Source: an uncultured Planctomycetaceae bacterium (GTDB lineage Bacteria > Planctomycetota > Planctomycetia > Planctomycetales > Planctomycetaceae). Taken from it: a stretch of DNA of 64,000 nt. Each line of letters opens with the position of its first letter. Positions within the stretch are counted from its first letter, which is position 1. The translations under genes were made by a program, and so were the position numbers. This document shows, piece by piece, positions 48,480 through 59,000 of the stretch. The notes below the pieces were generated by a model. It was given only the letters and a program-made list of their open reading frames with translations. It had not been told where the DNA came from and did not search any database. The DNA lies in the NCBI GenBank assembly GCA_963976765.1, contig CAXBME010000012.1, forward strand, positions 62,001-126,000, written 5' to 3'.

Positions 48480-50750
48480 ATGAGTAGTTCCGGCTCAAAA
48501 CCAGGTTTTAAAGAATTGCTTATCGAACACGGCGAGAAGTTCATTCTTGGGCTCGCTGGAGTTTTTGTGCTGATTGGAATTGCCACAACACAATGGTCCA
48601 CTTACGAACGAAAGCCTGAAGAGTTTTCCGCGAAGATCGAAGCAGGCAAAGCTGAGTTTGCTCGCTCTACCTGGCCGGACACCGAAAAAGAGACATTCAA
48701 AGCTCCGGACCCTGGTGATCAGGTTGTAAAACTGTTTGATGGTATCCCTCCCGGGCAAAAGTACGACTACCTCGTCAAGTGGGTGCATAGAATCACGAAG
48801 GCTCGGGAGAAGGTTGCTGAACCTGAATATATGCCGATTGAAAACCTCGTTGCTGATGCCGGGCGTGTACTGATCGAGTTGAACCCGGAGAAAGAAGCGG
48901 AAGAAAAAGGCTCTGGGCCGGAAATCAGAGTCGCCTCCGCAGGCGAGGTTGCAGGTTCGAATAAAGTTGACGCGCCGGCCGTTGCAGGCCCTCGCGTCGA
49001 AGGCCCTCGTGTTACAGGCCCCCGGCCTGGTGCGGCAGCCGGATACCCAGGCAGCGAAACTGGAGCCAATCCATACGACGGAACATCCACCTACGGCGGC
49101 GAAACGATGGAGGGCTATCCTGGCAGTGAGTACGGCGGCGGAATGCCTGGCTATGGTGGACCGGTAAGGAACGTGGAGGCTCGCGGTACTCGATTTGCCG
49201 CGATTCGAGGCATCTTCCGGATGAAGCAGCAGGTCGAGAAAGTCAAACGGGCGCTACGTCTTGATAATGCTCAGGAAGCGTACACTCAGGTCAGATTCTG
49301 GGATTTTGAGCTGCAACGACAAACCGCGGTCGCAGGTGCCAACCCCTGGGCCAGTGAGTGGGAAGATGTGGACATTGACGTTGCGGTCAAACTGCTGGAA
49401 AGAATCGAATTCGATGTCGATGTCGTCGATGAGCAGTACCGCGATGCAGTCTTTACGATGCCACTTCCCTTCCGCGTGACCGGAAGCTGGTCAACGGCTG
49501 CCGGGCCAAATGGAATTCTGGCGTCTCATCCGCAGATCAAGCGACTGCTGAGCGAGAAGGAGCAGCTTGAACAGGAAACCCGGGCGAAAGCTCTGCTCAA
49601 AGCCGCCGAGCGTGAGAAGAAGATTAGAGAGGCGACCGGTGGCGGTGGCTTCAAACGAGTGCAGGTCGATACTCGCAGTATGCGAGGAAACATGATGGGC
49701 AACTCGTCGGCCATGAACGCTTATAACGAAACCTATAATGAACTCGCGATGGAGAATGATCCTGAGTACATGTCGGAATCGTCTGGCTATCCGGGAGGGC
49801 AATCTGGCTATCCGGGTAGTGGGTATCCAGGCGGCGGAGCGATGGGGCGTATGGATGTCTTTGCGACTCCGGAGCTGATGCTGTTTCGGTTTCTTGACTT
49901 CAGCGTCGTCCCTGGCAACGCCTACCGTTATCGAGTGCGGTTGAAGCTTTTGAATCCAAACTTCGATCGTGACCCTGGCGAACTTCAGGACTTCGCATCC
50001 CGCGAGGGCAAGTATCGATTCACTCCATGGTCAGATGTCAGCACGCCAGCTTTGATCGAAGACGAGAACGAAGTTTTTGTGGCGAAAGTTGATGACCGAC
50101 GCGGTGTTTCCATGGATGCTTATCAGTGGATGAGCGAAACCGGCACTTACGTCCACGGCCCTTTTGAGGGACTCGATCGTGGCGAGCGTATCGCCAGTTG
50201 GACGCGTGAAGTTCAGAGTAGGCGACGAGGTGCGGAAGCTGAAACAAAAGGCGGTGTCACTACTGAAGTACTTCGTCCTTCCGCAGGAACATTCATGGAA
50301 GAACAGATCGACTTTGTAACGCCAAACACCCTGGTTGACTACAACCGCAACAGTTTGCTGGACCCCAATGAGCACCCTGAACTTGAGCTGGCAACCAGAA
50401 AACTTCCAAACAGCTTGCAGGAAGCGGTTGTGGTGAATCGCTTCGGCGACCTGGTCAAACTCGATACGGTGAGTAACGTAACGGCTCATGAGACTGCCAA
50501 AAACCGTATGAAGCAGCAGGATGAGCTTTGGGCACACCTGAAACGTGCAGCAATAGCACCCGGTTCCGGGGGCATTGAGGAACTGATTGGCGGAGAAGGG
50601 TATCCAGGCATGGAAGCGTACCCCGGCATGAGCGGCATGGAAGGATACCCTGGTATGGGTAGCGGAAAGCCTTCGAACCCGAAACGTCGAAGTTCAACAA
50701 AGCGAAACGCGCAGATGATGAATTACATGGGTGAGGGCTTTGGGTACTGA
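48480..50750 (+). CDS. Hypothetical membrane-anchored protein in the pil operon, FnIII-like segment, GYPG repeats
   Basis: N-terminal TM after EHGEK; LMLFRFLDFSVVPGNAYRYRVRL...PWS; GGGAG RBS. Confidence 0.72.
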   Translation: MSSSGSKPGFKELLIEHGEKFILGLAGVFVLIGIATTQWSTYERKPEEFSAKIEAGKAEFARSTWPDTEKETFKAPDPGDQVVKLFDGIPPGQKYDYLVKWVHRITKAREKVAEPEYMPIENLVADAGRVLIELNPEKEAEEKGSGPEIRVASAGEVAGSNKVDAPAVAGPRVEGPRVTGPRPGAAAGYPGSETGANPYDGTSTYGGETMEGYPGSEYGGGMPGYGGPVRNVEARGTRFAAIRGIFRMKQQVEKVKRALRLDNAQEAYTQVRFWDFELQRQTAVAGANPWASEWEDVDIDVAVKLLERIEFDVDVVDEQYRDAVFTMPLPFRVTGSWSTAAGPNGILASHPQIKRLLSEKEQLEQETRAKALLKAAEREKKIREATGGGGFKRVQVDTRSMRGNMMGNSSAMNAYNETYNELAMENDPEYMSESSGYPGGQSGYPGSGYPGGGAMGRMDVFATPELMLFRFLDFSVVPGNAYRYRVRLKLLNPNFDRDPGELQDFASREGKYRFTPWSDVSTPALIEDENEVFVAKVDDRRGVSMDAYQWMSETGTYVHGPFEGLDRGERIASWTREVQSRRRGAEAETKGGVTTEVLRPSAGTFMEEQIDFVTPNTLVDYNRNSLLDPNEHPELELATRKLPNSLQEAVVVNRFGDLVKLDTVSNVTAHETAKNRMKQQDELWAHLKRAAIAPGSGGIEELIGGEGYPGMEAYPGMSGMEGYPGMGSGKPSNPKRRSSTKRNAQMMNYMGEGFGY

Positions 50751-50790
50751 GTACCCGGGCTGGCCAAACTGTCAACGGCACCGACAGCGC

Positions 50791-52107
50791 TCATCGATCA
50801 GATACCAAACTGCTGGTTCGAGCGATTTCACGAATCTCGGCGGCCAGAAAAAACGACCCGGCAACGCAGATCAGGCCATCTTCGGGGCACACCCTGAGAG
50901 CAGCCAGCCACGCGGCTGCCGGGTCTTTTTCGCTGTGTGTTGAGCGAGTCGATATTCGAGCAGCCAGAGTGGCCAGCGCGTCGATGGGAATACCTCGCTG
51001 ACTCGATGTGTAGCGAGTCAGTATGACCACATCGAAATGTGGAAAGAGACGTCTGCATAATCCAGCCACATCCTTGTCGTGACTCGTCCCAAATATCAGT
51101 ACACGCCGGCAACCGGCGGGCCAGCTCTGGATCGTTTCTACCAGGGCGCCGGCAGAGATCCAGTTGTGAGCGGCATCGATGATCACTGTCGGATTCTCAC
51201 GAAGTCGCTCAATTCGAACGGGACAGGCGGCTTCGACTGATAAGCAATCGGTTGCAGCGTCCGGAATCCGCCATCCCCGGTCTTTCAGGTTCCTGGCCAC
51301 AGCAAGGGCGACGTCTCGGTTGTGTTGCTGATGCCTGCTCGGCGGAACTGGCGGGTTTTTGTCCTGACTTCGGAGTGACCTGGATGGTGCAGCGACAATT
51401 GTCAACGGAGACTCGTGCGCGGCAGCAATCTCAGAAATCACGGACAGCGGTTCAGGGGCTGTTACACCGGTAACCACTGGAATCCGGTTCTTGATGATCC
51501 CGGCTTTCTCAGTTGCTATCTCGCTCAGACGTGATCCCAGAATGTGTGTGTGGTCCCGGCTGATTGTCGTGATGACTGAAACTTCAGGGCTACAGATGTT
51601 TGTGGAATCAAGTCGCCCTCCAAGCCCCACCTCCAGCACCGCAATGTCGACCTTGCACTCACAGAACCAAAGCCATGCAAGAGCTGTCGTCAGCTCAAAA
51701 AACGTGGGGCTCAATCCATTCCCGGCGTCATCAATTTTGCGGGCGACTCTGGCCAATCGGTCTACCAGACTGGCGATACCGTCTTCCGAAATCTGAATTC
51801 CCGACACCTGAATACGTTCTTCAAAACGTTCAATGTGTGGCGACGTGAACAGTCCGACACGATAACCCGAATTCAGCAGGATCGAAGTAACAAATGCCGC
51901 CGTCGAGCCCTTCCCTTTTGTTCCGGCAATATGCACGACAGGGACGCTATTCTGTGGGTTGCCCAGATGTTCCAGTAGATTTCGCATCCGGTCGAGCTTG
52001 AAGTCGGACGCGGTCAACGACGGCGACATCCGTTCGAAGTCAACCCGACTGTAGAGCCAGGCGATCGCCTCGTCACGCGACGTAATCTGCATAGAGTCAA
52101 ACACCAT
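50791..52107 (-). CDS. folC: Folylpolyglutamate synthase / dihydrofolate synthase
   Basis: HIAGTKGKGS, FTSPH, LEVGLGGRLDSTN, EKAGIIK, DAAHN. Confidence 0.96.
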   Translation of the reverse strand: MVFDSMQITSRDEAIAWLYSRVDFERMSPSLTASDFKLDRMRNLLEHLGNPQNSVPVVHIAGTKGKGSTAAFVTSILLNSGYRVGLFTSPHIERFEERIQVSGIQISEDGIASLVDRLARVARKIDDAGNGLSPTFFELTTALAWLWFCECKVDIAVLEVGLGGRLDSTNICSPEVSVITTISRDHTHILGSRLSEIATEKAGIIKNRIPVVTGVTAPEPLSVISEIAAAHESPLTIVAAPSRSLRSQDKNPPVPPSRHQQHNRDVALAVARNLKDRGWRIPDAATDCLSVEAACPVRIERLRENPTVIIDAAHNWISAGALVETIQSWPAGCRRVLIFGTSHDKDVAGLCRRLFPHFDVVILTRYTSSQRGIPIDALATLAARISTRSTHSEKDPAAAWLAALRVCPEDGLICVAGSFFLAAEIREIARTSSLVSDR

Positions 52108-52256
52108 TCTTCAGTCAAGGAGCGGTGAAGCCACGACCGAGTGACCGCAATGTCCGCTTGAATATTGCTTGTGCTATTCTACATTCAAGGTGGCCGTGTA
52201 AATCACACCCGTAGTGCGAAGTTAGCGTCAATTAACAACAACGCTGGAGAATAATC

Positions 52257-52874
52257 TTGTCAGAACCATCGCGTAAGGGCCTCGAGTCGCTATTGCAGCG
52301 AGCGCGCGATGGTGACCGTGATGCCATGAACGATCTTTTCGAATCATGCCGGGCGTATGTCGGCTTCCTCGCCCGCTCTCATGTCGAAAGCTGGATCCAG
52401 GCAAAAGTTGACTCATCAGATCTCATTCAGCAGACCTTGATGGAAGCTCACCAGGGATTTCCCGATTTCAGCGGGCAGACGGAAGGCGAGTGGATTGCCT
52501 GGCTGAAACAGATTCTCAAACACAACGCGACTGATTTCGTCAGACGGTTTGGAGCAGCTAAACGACGAGCCACTCTGGAAGTCGCCATTTCAACCGGCAA
52601 TGACTCGACTTATTTTCGAGCCGCTCCCGAATTATCGTCGGGGGGCGAGTCTCCCAGCCAGGTGATGGTTCGACGGGAGCAGGAAATCGAAATTTCCGAG
52701 GCACTGGCGACTCTTCCGGAAGCCTACCAGGAAGTCATCGTACTGAGGAATCTTCAGCGGCTGCCATTCGACGAAATTGCAGAGCGAATGGGACGCTCAC
52801 GACCAGCGACACAAATGCTATGGATGAGGGCTCTCAAAAAACTTCAGGCACAGCTGCACGTCGAAACTGAGTAG
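52257..52874 (+). CDS. ECF sigma-70 factor, planctomycete-type
   Basis: KVDSSDLIQQT, WLKQIL, ESPSQ, LPEAYQEVIVLR. TTG start after GGAG. Confidence 0.92.
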   Translation: MSEPSRKGLESLLQRARDGDRDAMNDLFESCRAYVGFLARSHVESWIQAKVDSSDLIQQTLMEAHQGFPDFSGQTEGEWIAWLKQILKHNATDFVRRFGAAKRRATLEVAISTGNDSTYFRAAPELSSGGESPSQVMVRREQEIEISEALATLPEAYQEVIVLRNLQRLPFDEIAERMGRSRPATQMLWMRALKKLQAQLHVETE

Positions 52875-52903
52875 TTGCTTCAGTCCTTCAGAAAGATACG
52901 ACG

Positions 52904-53479
52904 ATGAAATTGCGGATACTTGTGTTGCCTCTGGCCGCGTTGATTATCGGGGGCATGGTCTGGCACAAACTGAACCAGAATCATCAACGGCTCGCGGGAC
53001 CGCCAACAGTGACAACTGCTCGAATGCAGGCGCCATCGATTGAGGCTCTGGATAAGGACAACTCGATCACGCGGCTGAAGTCTTTTCAGGGGAGGCATAA
53101 CCTGTTTGTTGTGTTCTTTGACGGCGAGGCCGGCGCCGAGGCAGACAGGACATTGCAACACCTTAAGTCGCATGCTGCCGAGCTTAAAGCCGCAAACTAC
53201 CACGTCATCGCGGTCAGTTCCGCCCTGCCTCAGCAGAATCGAAAATCTGACTTTCCCTCTTTCTTCCATCTACTCACGGATCCCGCCCCGATCTGGAAGA
53301 TTCATCGTGCATGGGGGGCCGGAAGTTTCGATGAAGCAGTCGACCAGCCAGGACAGGCTGTGTTTCACATCGACCGAGCCGGAAACGTCGCGGGCAGCTC
53401 AGAGCCAGTTCCACTCGACAATCCAGATCAACAGATTGACAGATTGCTCGGCCTTTCCCACGACGCCAGCAATGAATAG
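52904..53479 (+). CDS. Membrane-anchored redoxin (AhpC/TSA-fold) protein without cysteines
   Basis: AP...LD...RL..FQGR...VVFF, VIAVS, FHLLTDP, VFHIDRAG; no Cys in 191 aa. Confidence 0.7.
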   Translation: MKLRILVLPLAALIIGGMVWHKLNQNHQRLAGPPTVTTARMQAPSIEALDKDNSITRLKSFQGRHNLFVVFFDGEAGAEADRTLQHLKSHAAELKAANYHVIAVSSALPQQNRKSDFPSFFHLLTDPAPIWKIHRAWGAGSFDEAVDQPGQAVFHIDRAGNVAGSSEPVPLDNPDQQIDRLLGLSHDASNE

Positions 53480-53512
53480 TCAGCGGCGAGAACTCACGAG
53501 CGACACAAACCA

Positions 53513-54196
53513 TCAGTCGTCGCGGCTTGCGCCCAGAATCTGCAACGCGTAGTACAGGAACTGCAAGATGGTCTGCAGAGTCGCTGCAACGTACGTCCAG
53601 CCAGCGGCGTTCAGAACGCTACGAACGGCGGCAGCTCCGTCACCGTCCACAATGTTGTATTCTGTCAGGAGTGCCTTTGCCCGATTGCTCGCGTCAAACT
53701 CGACTGGCAAGTTCACTACCTGAAAGACAACCAGACCGCCGAAAGCAGCCAGCCCAGCGATCATTAATGGTGGCGAACTGAAAATTGCGCCGGCGATAAA
53801 AAGCACGAAGAACAGCGTCGGACCAAATTGCGCTGCAGGAACGGCAGCGTTTCTGATGACAAGAGGCATGTACCCTCGAGCGTGCTGAATGGCGTGTCCT
53901 GCTTCGTGAGCGGCAATTCCAACAGCCGTCGCTGTGCGAGTGTGATAAACCTCGTGGCTTAACCGCAGCACGCGATGTGAAGGATCGTAATGATCACTCA
54001 GGAACCCACGAGCTTCCTCGATACCAACGTCGTTCAGACCGGCACGATCGAGGACGTAACGGGCGGCGGCAGCACCCGTGAGTCGTGCGTCAACCTGCAT
54101 GCCGCGTCCGTAGCTCGACTTCACTTTCGCCTGAGCCCATAACATCAGCAGAAGCGCGGGCGAAAGAAACACAAAGTACATCGGGTCGAAGAACAT
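53513..54196 (-). CDS. Membrane neutral zinc metallopeptidase (YugP-like)
   Basis: LSDHYDP, AAHEAGHAIQH, LPVEFDASNRA, AAGWTYVAA. Confidence 0.93.
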   Translation of the reverse strand: MFFDPMYFVFLSPALLLMLWAQAKVKSSYGRGMQVDARLTGAAAARYVLDRAGLNDVGIEEARGFLSDHYDPSHRVLRLSHEVYHTRTATAVGIAAHEAGHAIQHARGYMPLVIRNAAVPAAQFGPTLFFVLFIAGAIFSSPPLMIAGLAAFGGLVVFQVVNLPVEFDASNRAKALLTEYNIVDGDGAAAVRSVLNAAGWTYVAATLQTILQFLYYALQILGASRDD

Positions 54197-54462
54197 TTCT
54201 GTGCCTTTAAAAATCGACAATCAGTCGCAATCAACAGCAGAACAGGCCGTCACCGTCTCGATGATTCAAATGCCTGAGCGCCGGGAAAAACAGTACGCGA
54301 ATTCGTCGCTTCAGATCTACGTCGTGTCGGCGATACTCGTCGAAATTCAGAACGGATAAATTCAATTTCTGGCCAGAATCCCTCACCACTCAACCTTGAT
54401 CGACACGGGTAAGCACGACGGAACTCTCACATTGATACGCTCTACCGCCAACTGTTGCTGAC

Positions 54463-55359
54463 TCAGCTTGCGGGTTGAGCTGACGCACACATCTGTTTCC
54501 AGGCCTCGCACAAAAATCGTGGCAGGTCCGAAGCGATCATTCCAGGCTGCGAACAGGCCTCTGCGGCGATGTCCCCAGCGAGACCGTGAAGGTGAACAGC
54601 GAATCTTGTCGTTTCGAACGGATCGCTGCCTCGTGCGAGCAAGGCTGTTGTCAGGCCCGTCAAAACGTCTCCCGAGCCGCCGGTGGCCATCCCGGAATTG
54701 CCCGTTGTGTTAATCGAAATCCGCTCGCCGTCGGTCACGATCGTGCCCGGTCCCTTCAGAACCAGAATAACGTTGTTCGCAGCGGCGAAGTCTCGGGCCA
54801 CATCAGCACGTCGCCCTTCGATATCAGCAGCCGACAGGCCAGTCAGTCGCGCGAACTCTCCAGGATGCGGCGTCAAAATACGTGGACCAGGATACTTGCC
54901 CTCTTGCCAGAGCCCTTTCTGAAATTTTCTGGCCAGGGCATTCAACCCATCCGCATCCAGCACGAGGGGACACGCGACCTCTGAATACAGGCGACGAACC
55001 ACTTCCGCCAGATCCTCAGATGTTCCGAGCCCCGGACCAATTCCGATCGAATCCTTGCCAGCAACGAGTGCCGAAACTTTGTCGAGCGTGGCGATTGACA
55101 GTTGTCCTTCTTCCCCTTCTGGCAGTCCAATTGTCATGTAGCCGGGTTCGTAGCCTGCGACGATCGACTGAATGCCGACCGGACATGCGACCGAAACCAG
55201 CCCCGCTCCTCCTCGCAACGCGGAAACGCCGGCAAGACACGCCGCACCACTCATCCCGCGGCTTCCGGCAATGATCAGAGTCTTGCCAAATGTCCCCTTG
55301 TGTCCATCAACCGGGCGGTGGGGCATCCTGGGCAGATCGAAGCCACGATTCTCAGTCAT
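54463..55359 (-). CDS. nnrD: ADP-dependent NAD(P)H-hydrate dehydratase (standalone)
   Basis: HKGTFG, GIGPGLG, LDADGLN, LTPHPGEF, LKG, MATGGSGDVLTG. GGAG RBS. Confidence 0.93.
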   Translation of the reverse strand: MTENRGFDLPRMPHRPVDGHKGTFGKTLIIAGSRGMSGAACLAGVSALRGGAGLVSVACPVGIQSIVAGYEPGYMTIGLPEGEEGQLSIATLDKVSALVAGKDSIGIGPGLGTSEDLAEVVRRLYSEVACPLVLDADGLNALARKFQKGLWQEGKYPGPRILTPHPGEFARLTGLSAADIEGRRADVARDFAAANNVILVLKGPGTIVTDGERISINTTGNSGMATGGSGDVLTGLTTALLARGSDPFETTRFAVHLHGLAGDIAAEACSQPGMIASDLPRFLCEAWKQMCASAQPAS

Positions 55360-55522
55360 TACAGCCACTCCAAACCGGTCTAGGGGCGATCGCGAAGCGG
55401 CAATATACTCCGGCGAACGTTCAACTTGCACATTCCTCGTCGAGTGAAACAGGCTGGCAGAAATTGCAGACTGATTGACAACGGCGCTTTGCACTTCGAA
55501 TTATCGTCCGGTAAGTAATCGC

Positions 55523-55864
55523 ATGGCCACACGCCTTATCCCTGCAACACGAGCCGCATTGATGCTGGTTCTGGTTTTCGGGGGATCCGGCTGCCTGTTC
55601 GACACGCGGTTCGTGAAAATGCCGGAGCTGGTGCCGCGACATCCGGCGATGGAACACCGGGCCGCAGAATACCACGATCCATTTCCAGACGAATCGATCG
55701 GTCCCAGCACGGGCAGCCGACCGCTTGGGTACAACCGACAGCGAACCGAGACCCGCCGAGCGGCTGATCTTCGAGGCGTCCACCTGCTCGATCCGAATGA
55801 CCGGCTTCCTTCAACAAACGCCGCTCCGGACAACAACCGATTCGCTGAAGTTGTCGATCCCTGA
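55523..55864 (+). CDS. Small putative lipoprotein
   Basis: Basic N-terminus, hydrophobic core, lipobox-like GSGC; HDPFPD..IGP. Confidence 0.65.
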   Translation: MATRLIPATRAALMLVLVFGGSGCLFDTRFVKMPELVPRHPAMEHRAAEYHDPFPDESIGPSTGSRPLGYNRQRTETRRAADLRGVHLLDPNDRLPSTNAAPDNNRFAEVVDP

Positions 55865-56015
55865 CTCCGGAGCACCGCGTTCGTCGATTGAGTGTCACTT
55901 CTCAAACGGCTGAATGCGCGTACCATTCGGAACTTCCGCAGTGGCTGGCGACGCCTTCGCCGGTCGGGTACGGAGTCCAACGAACTTCAAGTGTGGCCAT
56001 CCGGACGCGTTTATT

Positions 56016-59000
56016 ATGAAGACATCAACGCTGATCCTGCGCAGCCTGATGCATTACTGGCGGATTCACCTTGCCGTGTTTCTGGGAGTCGTCGCTGGAA
56101 CGACGGTCATCAGCGGGGCTTTGATTGTGGGCGATTCCGTTCGCGAGAGCCTGAAGGAAATGAGTCTCGCGCGGCTTGGCGGAGTCGATCTCGCCCTGCA
56201 TTCTCCGCGTTTTCTCCGCGAAGAAACTGCCGGCAGGGTCTACGAGAATCCGAAGCTCCAGGAAGTCGTGCAGAATGTCGCTCCAGCCCTGATCATGGAC
56301 GGAGCACTTGTCCGCGAAACCAGCGACGGGACTGTGACGGATCGAGCAGGCGGTATTCGGGTTTTCGGCATTAACGACCGTTTTGCGAACATGAGCGAGT
56401 TCGACGACAACTCGCTTCCCAAGGGCGACGAGTTGATCCTGAGTGACCGCGTCGCCCGCCAACTTAATGCGAAAGTCGGCGACGAACTGACGCTCTGGGT
56501 TGAGATGCCAGCCACGATTCCGCGAGAAAGCCAGCTGGGCGGCATCGAGGACCAGGACACGCAAAGCGTGCCACTGACTGTCAAAGCAATCTTCCCGGAA
56601 ACTTCCGGAACCGGACGTTTCGACCTCAGCCCAGGCCAGCAGTTACCGCTCACTGTTTTTGTTTCGCTGGAGAATCTCCAGGAAAGTGTCGGCCTTGAAG
56701 AAGTGCGTCGGTCTCGCGATTTTCCGAATGGCAAACCGGCGCGAGTCAACGCCCTCTTCGTTTCTCTCACGTCCGCCGAGCTGTCCGAAACTCCAGAGGC
56801 GGTTGGCGCCGCGGACCAGATAACCAACGTTCTGGGAGAAGAACTTTCTCTGGAAGATCTCAGTTTGCGAGTGGTCACGAACGATCGAGGCTACCTGGCC
56901 CTCGAAAGTGAGCAGATGATTCTGGAAGACTCGTTTGCAATGGCCGCTCAGAAGACCGCCGACGAGCATGGTCAGGCCATCGCTCGAAACATGGTTTACC
57001 TCGTCAACGAGTTGAGCAGTGTCGAGGACCCGGACGCTTTTTCTGCCTATTCAATCATCGCCGGCGTCGACCCTTCAGAAGTGAATGCGGCGCCCTTCGG
57101 ACCTCTGCTTGCTGATGATAAAGTCGACACTCTGAGCAATGACGAGATCATTCTCAACGACTGGCTGGCATCCGACCTGAATGTCACACCGGGCGATTCG
57201 ATTCAGATCCGGTATCACCAGGTTGGCTCGCACGGAGAGCTGCCGGAAGAAGTTCTCACCCTGAAGGTCAAAGCTGTTGTTCCGCTTGCCACGTCAGTCA
57301 CCGCCAGCGACCGAGGACTCACGCCGGAAGTTAAAGGCATCACCGACGCCAGAACATTTAACGGCTGGAAGCAACCGTTTCCAATGGACCTGGACCGACC
57401 GACCGACCGCGACGACGAATACTGGGAATTGTATCGAGCCTTGCCCAAAGCCTTCGTGTCGCTCGAACTGGCGAAGTCGCTCTGGACGAGTCGTTACGGA
57501 AGTCTCACATCGATCCGCGTCGCTATCTCTGAATCCGACCGTACGCCGGAGAAACTGGAAGACGCCGGAAAGCCATTCACTACGGCATTTCTCAAACATC
57601 TGGCTCCGCCGGACACGGGCCTTGTTTTCCAGCCGGTCAAATACAACGGGATCAAAGCGGCGAGCGGCACGACTGACTTCACCGGGCTGTTTGTCGGCTT
57701 CAGCTTTTTTGTTATCGCGTCGGCAATGATCCTGATCAGCCTGCTGTTTCGTCTGGGAGTCGAACGCCGGTCGTCCGGCATCGGGCTGCTTCAGGCCGTC
57801 GGATTTGACCGCGGCAGAGTCAGTCAGCTCATTCTCAAGGAAGGGCTGCTTGTTGCGTGTTTCGGGGGAGTTGTCGGCTCAGTTTGTGCTGTCGGGTATG
57901 CCGAGTTGATGATCCACGCCCTGAAGGATCCTGACTGGTGGGGTGGCGCGATCGGAACTCAGTTTCTATTCGTCTATGCCAAACCAGTCAGCCTTATTGC
58001 CGGGTTGGCCATCTCGATCCTTGTTGCCTGGCTCGCTCTGTACTTCGCGCTGCGAGGCCTGCGAAACATTTCAACGCGACAACTTCTCGCCGGGGAAACC
58101 GACGCGTCAATGAGCGACGCCGATCAGCTTGCTCACGCCGCGCGACGATTCAAGTGGGCTCGGATCGGAGCGATTTTCGCACTTGTCATACTGGCGGCCG
58201 GACTGGCCGGGATTGTCCCGTCAACGGAAGCCTTCTCCGGGCTTTCCTGGCCGATGGTGGCGTTCTTTGTGGTCGGCATTGTCAGCTTGACGTCCGCGAT
58301 GTTTCAACTTTCGGCATGGCTGGCTGGCGACCGCCGCTCAGCCGTTAGAGGGCGTGGCATCACGGGATCCTCGCGGCTTGGCTTTCGCAACGCCGCACGA
58401 CATCGCTCGCGCAGTGTTCTTTCGACAGGTCTTATTGCGTCTGCGACTTTTGTGATCGTCGCCGTCGCCGCCGGACAACGAAATCCAGCGGTCGAGTCTC
58501 CCGATTTCAACTCCGGAAACGGTGGCTTTTCACTGGTGGCCGAAGCGACGGCTCCACTTCTTGATTCTCTGCAAACGACAGAAGGTCGACTGAAACTCGG
58601 GATCGCGCCCGAGCCAGGCAGTACGGTTGCCAGGCTGCTGGAACAGATGCAGTCGTACTCGTTCCGCGTTCGACCGGGCGAAAACGCCAGTTGCCTGAAT
58701 CTTTACCAGACGACCCTGCCGACGATTCTTGGTGTCCCAGATGATCTACTGGAACGAGGCGGTTTCCGATTCGTTGATCAACGAAAAGCCGACTACTGGA
58801 AACTCCTGACGACTCCGCGCGACGACGGTCGCGTTCCCGTGCTGGGCGACATGAACACGCTGATGTTCAGCCTGCACAAGGCCCCCGGAGCAGCCATCCC
58901 GGTTCCCGACTCGGAAACAGAACTCATCGTGGCTGGCATGCTGGACGGTAGCGTGCTGCAGGGTGTACTGCTGATGTCGGATTCGAACTTCCGCAAGCTC

